Below the pieces are notes generated by a model, which was not told the origin of the DNA, did no database searches, and saw only the letters and a program-made list of their open reading frames with translations. Position numbers and translations under genes: made by a program. 49,840 bases of DNA from Candidatus Eiseniibacteriota bacterium (lineage in GTDB: Bacteria; Eisenbacteria; RBG-16-71-46; SZUA-252): the NCBI GenBank assembly GCA_031370645.1, contig JANMQV010000198.1, positions 1 to 49,840 on the forward strand. Reading direction: 5' to 3'. Positions 1 through 12,579 of this stretch are shown piece by piece; the first letter of the stretch is position 1, and each line of letters opens with the position of its first letter.

Positions 1-308
1 GTTGCGAGGGCTATCTTCAGCAAGGCGGCCCCTACGCCTTTTCCGACGTGTTCTGGGTGGACATACAGGTGGTGGATCCAGGAGTGCTCCGCGCCTGCCT
101 CGATCGACATCATCGCGACGATCTGGCCGTCGCGTTCGGCCACCGTCACCTGGCCTGATGGAACCACGCTTTCGCGGATCCATGCACGCACCTGATCATC
201 GCTATGCGCGAGCGCCACGGTAGGAATGAGTTCGTGAAACGAACGAAGGTAGACCTCAGCAATCCGAGCGGAGTCAGCGGAAGTTGCGGGACGAAGGATG
301 AAGCTCAC
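1..308 (-). CDS. GNAT family N-acetyltransferase (runs off the window edge)
   Basis: Not in the ORF track; translated by hand from GTG at 308: SFILRPATSADSARIAEVY...WIHHLYVHPEHVGKGVGAALL, containing GNAT motif A (LYVxP..GxGxG). Confidence 0.85.
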   Translation of the reverse strand, partial: MSFILRPATSADSARIAEVYLRSFHELIPTVALAHSDDQVRAWIRESVVPSGQVTVAERDGQIVAMMSIEAGAEHSWIHHLYVHPEHVGKGVGAALLKIALA

Positions 309-317
309 CGGAATGCC

Positions 318-2551
<2,234 letters not shown>

Positions 2552-2622
2552 GTGGATTGGGGCTCCCCTTCGTAGTGTCGGCCGGAGGGCCGGCCGACCG
2601 GCAAGTGAAGTAGTAGCCGAGG

Positions 2623-2651
2623 ATTCTACCGACCGGCGCCCCGGGTGTCAA
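2623..2651 (-). promoter_or_regulatory. sigma70-type promoter for the OMP-guaB-GNAT unit
   Basis: Minus strand TTGACA (2651-2646), 17 bp, TAGAAT (2628-2623). Confidence 0.75.
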
Positions 2652-2726
2652 TCGGGGGCTCCCCCGACGCGTCGGAGTGAAAACCCCGCAACTCGCTGTG
2701 GAATGGGCAGTCCCGGGGGGGTCGGC

Positions 2727-2755
2727 TTGACACTCCGTGGCCCTACTCGTAAAGT
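2727..2755 (+). promoter_or_regulatory. sigma70-type promoter for tRNA-tilS-ftsH
   Basis: TTGACA (2727-2732), 17 bp, TAAAGT (2750-2755), 12 bp before the tRNA. Confidence 0.75.
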
Positions 2756-2767
2756 TGAGGGCTGGGT

Positions 2768-2842
2768 GGCGGTGTAGCTCAGCGGTAGAGCAGGGGAATC
2801 ATAATCCCTTGGTCCGGGGTTCAAATCCCTGCGCCGCCACCA
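2768..2842 (+). tRNA. tRNA with CAT anticodon, most likely elongator tRNA-Met
   Basis: Cloverleaf: GGCGGTG/CGCCGCC acceptor stem, GCTC/GAGC D-stem, GGGGA-ATCATAA-TCCCT anticodon arm, TTCAAAT T-loop, encoded CCA. G1-C72 is paired, so not an initiator. Confidence 0.95.
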
Positions 2843-2880
2843 TTTTCCCCTCCTGGCCCCGTGCTACCATCGAGGGTCCC

Positions 2881-3996
2881 ATGACGACCCGCCTGAACCC
2901 CCGCGACGCGACCCTCGAGCGATTGGCCGCGCGTTCCATCTCGGATGGGAGTCTCCTCCCGAATTCGGCCTCGCCGATCGTGGTTGCCGTGTCGGGCGGA
3001 CCCGATTCGATGGCGCTCCTTCACTTCATGTTCGAATGGGCGAAGCGGTCGGAGCGGGGCGAGGTGGCGGGTCGCGAATCTGGTGGCCGCCGCGTCATCG
3101 CCGCGCACGTAAATCACGCGCTTCGTGGTGCCGCTTCCGAAGAAGACGCCGCCTTCGTGCGCGCTCGCGCCGAAGCGTGGGGCGCGGAGGCGGTCGTTCT
3201 CGATGCGGCGCTCTCCGTGAACGCACGCACGCGCGCCGCCGCCGGCGCCGCTATCGAAGCCGATGCCCGTCGCGCGCGTTACGCCGCGCTACGAGAAATT
3301 GCCGAGCGCGTGGGCGCCGATCGCGTCTTCACCGCCCACACCGCGGACGACCAGGCGGAGACGGTGCTCCTTCGGCTCGTGCGCGGGGCGGGGCTCCGCG
3401 GACTTTCCGGCATGGCGCCGATCGCGCGCGTTCAAGGAATCCGCGTCGCGCGGCCGTTTCTCGCCGTGTCGCGAGAGCAGGTGTCCGAGTACGTAAATCG
3501 CCACGCCATCGCCTATCGCACGGACGCCACGAACGCCGAAACCGCCGCGGCGCGAAACTACGTCCGTCACGAGATCGTGCCGCGGCTAGAGGCGCGGCTC
3601 AATCCAGCCGTGCGCGAGGCACTCCTTCGCGCGGGTGCTAATTTCCGCGAGGCGGACGACTATTTCGAGCGCCGGGCCGCCCGCATCTACAAGCGCCTGT
3701 TGATCCAACGCGAGGAAGCGAAGATCAGCCTTGATGCCCCCCGCCTCCTCCTCTACCCTAAACTCCTGCGAACGTACGTGTTCCGCCGTGCGGTGCGCGA
3801 GCTGAACGGGAACCTCCGCGACGTCGCCACGGTACACCTCCGCGCGCTCCATGAACTTGCCTTGTCTCACCGCGGCCATACCGCCGACCTCCCCGGAGGA
3901 GTGCGCGCCGAACGCGACCGAGATCGCGTGATTCTGAGCCTGAACCATCCGCGGAAGCCCGAACCGAAGCCCCACAGAGAGCCATCCAAGGCTTGA
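2881..3996 (+). CDS. tilS: tRNA(Ile)-lysidine synthetase
   Basis: PP-loop AVSGGPDS, AHVNHALR, ARRARY, TAHTADDQAET, RNYVRHEIVP. Confidence 0.93.
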   Translation: MTTRLNPRDATLERLAARSISDGSLLPNSASPIVVAVSGGPDSMALLHFMFEWAKRSERGEVAGRESGGRRVIAAHVNHALRGAASEEDAAFVRARAEAWGAEAVVLDAALSVNARTRAAAGAAIEADARRARYAALREIAERVGADRVFTAHTADDQAETVLLRLVRGAGLRGLSGMAPIARVQGIRVARPFLAVSREQVSEYVNRHAIAYRTDATNAETAAARNYVRHEIVPRLEARLNPAVREALLRAGANFREADDYFERRAARIYKRLLIQREEAKISLDAPRLLLYPKLLRTYVFRRAVRELNGNLRDVATVHLRALHELALSHRGHTADLPGGVRAERDRDRVILSLNHPRKPEPKPHREPSKA

Positions 3997-4037
3997 GACT
4001 TGGCGCTTCAGTGCCGATAAGAAAGGATCAATCCTAC

Positions 4038-6154
<2,117 letters not shown>

Positions 6155-6155
<1 letters not shown>

Positions 6156-7029
6156 TGATCTTCACCCACCGCCACGGCTCCTGGGACTTCGGTCCGGGCG
6201 CGCGCGCGCGGGTGGTGGGGATTCTCAATCTGACCCCTGATTCGTTCTACGACGGAGGGCGCTACGCCGACGCGGGCCGCGACTCGATCACGCGCTCCGC
6301 CTCGCGGCGGAGGGCGCCGACGCGCTCGACGTCGGCGGCCTGAGCACCCGCCCCGGCACCCGACAAGAACCCACCATCGGCGCTGACGAAGAGTGGCGCC
6401 GCCTTGAGCCCCTCCTGACAGCGCTGGCGGGGCGAATCCGCATCCCTCTCTCGGTCGACACCTACCGCGCTTCCGTCGCCCGCCGCGCCCTCGAGGCCGG
6501 CGTCTCCATGATCAACGATGTGAGCGGGCTGACCGCGGACCCCGAGATGGCCGGCGTCGTGGCCGGATCGGGCGCCGGGCTCGTCCTCATGCACGCCCTC
6601 GGCGCCCCCGACGCGCTTCACGCGGCGCGGGAGTACGAGGATGTCGGTCTCGAAGTGCGGGAGTTCCTGGCCGCGCGGATGGCGGAGGCGGCAGCGGCCG
6701 GCGTGGCGGCGGATCGGATCGCCCTCGACCCCGGCATCGGCTTCTCCAAGCGGGCGGAACAGAGCGTCGAGGCGCTTCGCGCGCTTCCGCGCTTGACCGC
6801 GCTCGGCCGGCCGCTTTACATCGGGGTATCGCGAAAGTCGTTCCTCGGGACGCTCACCGGGCGTCCCGTGGAGGAGCGGCTCGCCGCGAGCCTCGGCGCC
6901 ACCGTGGCCGCCGTTGCCCTGGGCGCCCGCATCGTGCGCACGCACGACGTGGCCGCCACGCGCGACGCGCTGGCCGCCGCCGAGGCGATCCTTCACCCCG
7001 AGCCCCGTCACGAGGCGAGCCGCGCATGA
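6155..7029 (+). pseudogene. folP: dihydropteroate synthase with a single-base frameshift near 6281 (pseudogene or sequencing error)
   Basis: N-part GILNLTPDSFYDGG from ATG 6155; remainder LDVGGLSTRPG, SVDT, INDVSG, DPGIGF, SRKSF, RTHDV is in another frame from about 6283. Confidence 0.88.
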
Positions 7030-7820
7030 TCGACGTCCGTCCCCAGCTCCTCCTCGACATCATCGACATTCTGGTGGTCGCGTTTCTCTTCTACCGCCTC
7101 TTCGCGATGATCAAGGGGACGCGCGCGTCTCAGATGTTCGTCGGGCTCGTCGTCATCGTCTTCGCTTCGATCGTGGCGCAGTGGTTCCGTTTGAGCGCCC
7201 TCAACTGGATGATCGGAAGCCTCAAGACGGTCTGGGTCATCCTCTTCGTGATTCTCTTCCAGCCCGAACTTCGCGCGCTTCTCACCCACATCGGGCAGAA
7301 CCGGCTCGTCCGCGCGCTCATTCGCGTCGAGGAGTACGGCGTGGTGAGCGAAGTGATCAAGGCGGTGGAGGAAATGAGCAAGGATCGCCGCGGCGCCCTC
7401 ATCGTCTTCGAGCGCGACATGGGGCTTCGAAACTACGTGGAAACGGGGACGAAACTGGAAGCGAAGGTCTCGGCGGAACTGCTCGAGACGATCTTCACGC
7501 CCCATTCGCCGCTCCACGACGGCGCCTGCGTCATCCGCGGCGACGAAATTGTGGCGGCCGGCTGCATTCTGCCCTTGAGCCAAACGGGGGGGCTCTCCCC
7601 CATCCTCGGCACGCGCCATCGCGCCGCACTCGGGTTGGCCGAGGAGACGGACGCGGCGGTCCTGATCGTGTCGGAGGAGACGGGCGCGATTTCGGTCGCG
7701 CACAAGGGCGACCTCAAGTGGAACCTGGACGAGGGGCAACTCCGGAGCGAGCTCGCGGCGATCTTCAACGCGCGCCCCGAGGAGTCACGCGACTCCGAGG
7801 AAGGAACGCAGCCCGCCTAG
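7026..7820 (+). CDS. cdaA: diadenylate cyclase CdaA (DacA)
   Basis: Three N-terminal TM helices, FQPELR, DAC motifs LHDGA and GTRHRAA, VSEETG. Confidence 0.95.
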   Translation: MIDVRPQLLLDIIDILVVAFLFYRLFAMIKGTRASQMFVGLVVIVFASIVAQWFRLSALNWMIGSLKTVWVILFVILFQPELRALLTHIGQNRLVRALIRVEEYGVVSEVIKAVEEMSKDRRGALIVFERDMGLRNYVETGTKLEAKVSAELLETIFTPHSPLHDGACVIRGDEIVAAGCILPLSQTGGLSPILGTRHRAALGLAEETDAAVLIVSEETGAISVAHKGDLKWNLDEGQLRSELAAIFNARPEESRDSEEGTQPA

Positions 7821-8791
7821 CGGGACGCGGCGGGCCCGAGCCGGCCGCGGAGGTAGCCGTTCAGATACGCCACGTCGTACACCACTTTCAGAAGCGGCAC
7901 CCCCACCAGCGCCTCCATCGCTCCGATCCGGCCAAAACCGCGCCGTGCCTGCTGCGCGATGAAGAGCGCGGCCCCGAGGGCCAGCACCACCCACGCCGCC
8001 GGGAAGACGAATCCCGCGAGCGCGAGGATCACCGCGAGCGCGTATTTCGCCGCGATCGTCCCGTAGAACCAGCCCTGCACGCGCGACTCGCCGTCCCCCA
8101 GTCCGAAGCGGCGGTGTTGGCGGTAGAACGAGCGCAGGTCGCCGCGCGGTCGCCAGCCGACGATCGCGAGGGGGGCGAAGGCGAAGCGGCAGCCCACGTG
8201 CTTCAACTCGAGCGCGAACGGCGTGTCCTCGTTGTGCGCAAGCGATTCGTCGAAGCCACCCGCCTTGTCCCACGCCTCGCGGCGAAACGCGATCGAGCGG
8301 GTGGAGGGGAGGAAACGCTCGAGGTTCACTTCGGAGAGGTGCGGCGCCGAGACGACGCCTGCCGCGCGCTCGAAGGAAGTAGTGGCGATCGGGCGATAGA
8401 AGCCGGCCACCACATCGATGCGTTCCGGCGTGGAGCCTCCCTCCTTCGTCGCCGCGCCGCCGGCGAAGGGCTTTACGATCTCCTCGAGCCAAGTCGGCTC
8501 GACTTCGACGCCGGCATCGGTGCAGGCGATGATTCCGTGACGCGCGGCGCGGATCGCGGCGTTTCTTCCGACCGAGCGATTCCCCGGGGTCTCGAGCACG
8601 CGGAGCCGCGGTTCCTTCGCGGCGCGGGCGCGCAGTCGGGCCACGGTGTCGTCGGTGGAGCCGCCGTCGGCGATGACGATTTCATCCGGGGGGCGAGTGC
8701 CGCGGAAGAGCGAATCGAGGAGCGCGTCGATGCTCCCCGATTCGTTTCGAACGGTGACGATGACCGTGGCGGCGAGCGAGTCGGTTCCCAC
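7817..8791 (-). CDS. glycosyltransferase family 2
   Basis: VIVTVRNE, ADGGSTD, GRNAAI, DAG, NEDT and C-terminal TM helices; start taken at GTG 8791 inside the longer ORF. Confidence 0.88.
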   Translation of the reverse strand: MGTDSLAATVIVTVRNESGSIDALLDSLFRGTRPPDEIVIADGGSTDDTVARLRARAAKEPRLRVLETPGNRSVGRNAAIRAARHGIIACTDAGVEVEPTWLEEIVKPFAGGAATKEGGSTPERIDVVAGFYRPIATTSFERAAGVVSAPHLSEVNLERFLPSTRSIAFRREAWDKAGGFDESLAHNEDTPFALELKHVGCRFAFAPLAIVGWRPRGDLRSFYRQHRRFGLGDGESRVQGWFYGTIAAKYALAVILALAGFVFPAAWVVLALGAALFIAQQARRGFGRIGAMEALVGVPLLKVVYDVAYLNGYLRGRLGPAASR

Positions 8792-8814
8792 GGCGCGCGG
8801 CTCGGGCGCGGGGC

Positions 8815-11574
8815 CTACCAGCCGCCGGGGCGCGTCTCGGAGACGGCGTACGGGCGGCGGCCCGCGTCGGGGTACTGGAAGTACTGGAACGCGTAGCGTT
8901 GCATGTCGTCGGGCGAGACCGCCTGCAGCTTGGCGGGGAAGGCGACGACGTAGTCGACGGGCAGCTTGAAGAGCTCTGCCCGCGCGAACTGGAACGCGCG
9001 CCCCTGGTTCGACGAGATTCCCATCTGGAAACTGCCGACGGCGTGGCGCTTCGCGTCCTCGAGATCGGGCGCGAAGTCGTTGATGAGCCGAATGGCGGCG
9101 AGCGACCGGAACTGTCCGAATAGCATGCGCACCGACTGCTCTTCGGACGGCGGTCCCTCGACCGTGATCGTCGCGATGAGCGGCGACTCGTCGATGGCGT
9201 GCGCCACGAAGCAGTCGAGATCCCGCACGAAGGCGGACTTCTCGCGGATGAACCGCTGGAACCAGCCGCGGGGATTCGTGAAGAGCGAATTCACCACGTA
9301 CGTAGTCGGAATGTCGGGGCTTGTCGCCGGCGGCCCGTCGAATGCGATGGAGACCGTGCAGGTGGGGCCTTCGCCGAGTTCCCACTTCTCGCGGAAGTTC
9401 TCGAACGTCCCTTCCTTGGACAGCGCGCCCGGCGCGAACGGGCCGGGAGCGACGCCACGGAACGCTTCCGCCACCGCCGGACCGACCTCGTCGGACTTCA
9501 CGTCACCGAACACGGCGACGACGAGATTCGGCTTCACGACCATCTTCCGGTAGAAGGCGGCGACGTCGTCCACCGGCAAGTCGACGATGCTCATCCTCGA
9601 GCCGAGGATCGGGAGCCGGTACCCGCTCACCTGGTACTTCGTGTCGAAGATGAGCTGGCGGCGGCGGGCATCGTCGTTATCGAGCCACTGCGATTGCTGA
9701 TCGAGGACCAAGAGCCGCGTCGCGTCGACCGTGATGCTGTCGATTTCCGGCTTCGCGATCATCGAACCGAGCCGCGACAGGGCCTCTTTCCAACGCGAGG
9801 CGGGGACCGTGAGGGAGTAGCCCCACATATCGCGATCCTGGTACGGAACCAAGCGCCCGATGTCGACGAGCGAGAAGCGATAGGCGCGCCCTTCGGCCGA
9901 GGGATCGGCCGACGTCAGGAGTGTTTCGCGGAGAAGCCTGGTGATGCCGTTGTTCTTCTCGGTCTCGTAGCGGACGCTCCCCTCCAGGAAGACCGAGATC
10001 GTCGCGATCTCCGCACCCCGGTCCTCGCTCGCGAGAACGCGGATCCCGTCCACCCGGTTCCGCGTCACGCGACCACGACCGGCATCGCGCGGCGCCGAAG
10101 GAATTGCCGCGAGCGGGGCATCGACGCGGCGGCGGCGTTCGTCCGGCGTGGTCACGGTCGCGAGCGGGCCGCTTCCGCCGCGATAGGGCGCGCCGGCCAG
10201 CGTCAGCTTCTCCGTGACGCTCGTTTCGAAATTCTTGTAGAGGTCGAGACTGTCGACGATGCTCTTCGGAGCCATGTGGACGATCACGGCCTGCTTCGGA
10301 TCGAGGTATTGCCGGGCGACCGCGACGAGATCTTCCTTCTTCAGGGCGCGCAGGCGGGCCACGTAGACCTCGTCGCTGCCCGGGCGCGACTGCATCGCGC
10401 CGTAAGCGGTGACGCGTCCGGTTCCGGCGAGGTCGGCCTGCACGATGAGATCGCGAGCAATCATCGCGTCGATCGTGTGGCGGAACTCGTCGTCTTGGAT
10501 CGGCGTGAATCGCGCCCGCTCGATCTCCGTGAAGAGAATGGCGTCGGCGTCGATCATGTTCTCCGGCGCGGCCGCGATCGAAATCGCCACCGTCCCCCCG
10601 TCCGCCTCGAACGAACGCTGGGCGGAAGCTCCCTGGAGGTACGGCACTTCTCCGAGCCGCCGCTGGATGCGCGCGTCGGCGTAGTCGGCGAGGAGCGCGA
10701 AGAGTGCGTCGAGCGCGAGCGCGTCGGCCGAGCCCCACGCCGGCGCGCGGAATCCGATCGTCACGGCGGCGCCTCCCGCCCCGTCCGGATTCGTGAGACC
10801 CAAGATCTTGGGGCCCGAGAAGGAGCGCTCGGTGCTTCGATTCCGTTTCGGCGCGCGGGCCGGAGATGCCGTCGCGAACGCCGCCGTGACCGCCGTGGCC
10901 GCCTCCTCGGGATCGACGTCGCCGGCGACGACGACGAGGATGTTGTCGCCGGTGAACCACGCCTTGTGGAAACGGGAGGCGAGCGGAGAGGTGAGCGCGC
11001 CGATCTCGAGTTCGGGAACCGAGGCCGGCGCCCCGAGCGCGTTCGCCGGATGAAGCGCGTCGCGCAGCGGGTTCATCGCGGCGAGCGCCGCGTGGCCGAG
11101 GGCGTTTCGCGATCCGGTGCGCGCGTGCGACTTGGCGTTCTCCACCATCTTCCCGTCGAACGACGGATGGAGCACGATGTCGCCAAGCGTCTCGATCCCC
11201 TGTTTGAACGAGCGGGCCGGAAGATCCATTTCGTAGAGGATCGCGCCGTTCGACACTTCTCCGTTGTAGCGCCCGCCGACAAGGCTCGCCACGCGATCGA
11301 TGTCGTCCCTCGAGCGGTTCGCGTTTCCCTCCCACGGCAACTGCGCCAGGACCGCCGCGGCCCCTCGTTCGCTCCGACCCTCGTCGCGCGTGCCGGCGCG
11401 GACCCAGACCTGAATGGAGACGGCCGGGCGGGCCCGGTTCTCGCGCACGATCAGGGTCGTCTTGTTGGGGAGGGTGCGAACGAGTTGGGGGGCGGCGAGG
11501 GCCGGCAACGCGATGCCGGCGACGACGATCGCCGCGAGGGCGACCGAGGCCAGGCGGGTGACGTGGGGGCGCAT
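8815..11574 (-). CDS. exported M16 (insulinase/pitrilysin) family protein, zinc motif degenerate
   Basis: Signal peptide; two tandem M16 halves (LPNKTTLIVRE..VWVRAGTRDE; FLEGSVRYETEKNNGIT); HXXEH replaced by AVLAQ. Confidence 0.8.
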   Translation of the reverse strand: MRPHVTRLASVALAAIVVAGIALPALAAPQLVRTLPNKTTLIVRENRARPAVSIQVWVRAGTRDEGRSERGAAAVLAQLPWEGNANRSRDDIDRVASLVGGRYNGEVSNGAILYEMDLPARSFKQGIETLGDIVLHPSFDGKMVENAKSHARTGSRNALGHAALAAMNPLRDALHPANALGAPASVPELEIGALTSPLASRFHKAWFTGDNILVVVAGDVDPEEAATAVTAAFATASPARAPKRNRSTERSFSGPKILGLTNPDGAGGAAVTIGFRAPAWGSADALALDALFALLADYADARIQRRLGEVPYLQGASAQRSFEADGGTVAISIAAAPENMIDADAILFTEIERARFTPIQDDEFRHTIDAMIARDLIVQADLAGTGRVTAYGAMQSRPGSDEVYVARLRALKKEDLVAVARQYLDPKQAVIVHMAPKSIVDSLDLYKNFETSVTEKLTLAGAPYRGGSGPLATVTTPDERRRRVDAPLAAIPSAPRDAGRGRVTRNRVDGIRVLASEDRGAEIATISVFLEGSVRYETEKNNGITRLLRETLLTSADPSAEGRAYRFSLVDIGRLVPYQDRDMWGYSLTVPASRWKEALSRLGSMIAKPEIDSITVDATRLLVLDQQSQWLDNDDARRRQLIFDTKYQVSGYRLPILGSRMSIVDLPVDDVAAFYRKMVVKPNLVVAVFGDVKSDEVGPAVAEAFRGVAPGPFAPGALSKEGTFENFREKWELGEGPTCTVSIAFDGPPATSPDIPTTYVVNSLFTNPRGWFQRFIREKSAFVRDLDCFVAHAIDESPLIATITVEGPPSEEQSVRMLFGQFRSLAAIRLINDFAPDLEDAKRHAVGSFQMGISSNQGRAFQFARAELFKLPVDYVVAFPAKLQAVSPDDMQRYAFQYFQYPDAGRRPYAVSETRPGGW

Positions 11575-11641
11575 GAGAATCGAATCCTCCGAGCTGTTCC
11601 GACGGGGCGAATCGCGCATCAAGCCTACCCCATTCACCCCT

Positions 11642-11678
11642 AAAACGCGAACCCCGACGGGGTCGCCGCCGGGGTTCG
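11642..11678 (-). terminator. intrinsic terminator after the cold-shock gene
   Basis: Minus strand CGAACCCCGGCGG-loop-CCGTCGGGGTTCG followed by CGTTTT. Confidence 0.75.
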
Positions 11679-11704
11679 GTTGCCGCCGATGTTTCGGCGT
11701 TTGC

Positions 11705-11914
11705 TTAGGCGTCGACCTTGACGACGTTCGCCGCTTCTCGGGCGCGCCGTCCTACGATCGGGTCGAACTCCACGGTCTCACCTTCGTGCAGGGTGCGAAA
11801 TCCATCGGCCTGAATCGCCGAATGGTGCACGAAGAACTCCTCGCCCGAATCCACCTGGATGAAGCCGTATCCCTTGGCCTCGCTGAACCACTTCACCGAA
11901 CCGCGTGACTTCAA
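11705..11914 (-). CDS. cold-shock domain protein
   Basis: TTG start after AAAGGAGG; GSVKWFSEAKGYGFI (RNP1), FFVHHSAI (RNP2). Confidence 0.92.
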   Translation of the reverse strand: MKSRGSVKWFSEAKGYGFIQVDSGEEFFVHHSAIQADGFRTLHEGETVEFDPIVGRRAREAANVVKVDA

Positions 11915-11982
11915 CGGTGGGAATCCTCCTTTCGGAAGGAAGGGTCCTTGGGGTGTCGATTGGCGTGGAGAGGGGGTCCCGA

Positions 11983-12324
11983 CTACCCCCTTCCGGACTT
12001 CGATGACTGGAAACAGTCGCGGCAGTAAACCGGCTTGCCGGCCGTCGGACGGAACGGCACCTGCGTCGGCGTGCCGCACGACGAGCAGATCGCGTCGTGG
12101 AACTCGCGCGGTCCGGAGCTCATGCTGCCCCCGCGATCTCCGCCCCCCATGCCGCCGCCGCCTCCGCCGCCGCCGCCCGACATCTTCTTCGAATCGCGGC
12201 AACGGCGACAACGGGTGGGCTCGTGCTGGAATCCACGTTCGCGGTAGAATGCCTGCTCTCCCGCCGTGAACACGAATTCCTCGCCGCAATCGCGGCATTT
12301 GATTACCTTGTCTACATCAGACAT
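11983..12324 (-). CDS. zinc-ribbon protein (zf-trcl-type plus CxxC-x17-CxxC domain) with Gly-rich linker
   Basis: CRDCGEEFVFTAGEQAFY..RCRRC, poly-Gly linker, CSSCG..VPFRP..PVYCRDC; GGAGG RBS. Confidence 0.9.
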   Translation of the reverse strand: MSDVDKVIKCRDCGEEFVFTAGEQAFYRERGFQHEPTRCRRCRDSKKMSGGGGGGGGGMGGGDRGGSMSSGPREFHDAICSSCGTPTQVPFRPTAGKPVYCRDCFQSSKSGRG

Positions 12325-12528
12325 GAAGCCTCCGGGACGCTCTCGCCACGAAAAATGACACGGCCCCCGACGGGCAAGAATCGACGGGGGCTCGATGGGG
12401 TAGCAATCGAGAGGAGTGGGGGAGCGTTTCGGAGATGAGATTGTTCGGGGCGAAGGATCACTGCATTCCACTCGTTGCTGCCGAGACTCCTGGGGCACGG
12501 GATACGAAAGCACCCTAAGCAAACGGTA

Positions 12529-12557
12529 ACTATAGCGATGAATATCACTTGTGTCAA
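12529..12557 (-). promoter_or_regulatory. near-consensus sigma70 promoter for the zinc-ribbon/csp unit
   Basis: Minus strand TTGACA (12557-12552), 17 bp, TATAGT (12534-12529). Confidence 0.82.
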
Positions 12558-12579
12558 GCGATTTCGTAACGAATTCGGC

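Noticed and set aside
2843-2880. tRNA as an integration site for a mobile element
   Set aside because: No integrase and no duplicated tRNA 3' end seen; tilS follows directly.
12143-12180. GCC/CCG trinucleotide run
   Set aside because: Encodes the poly-Gly linker of the zinc-ribbon protein; not an independent repeat element.
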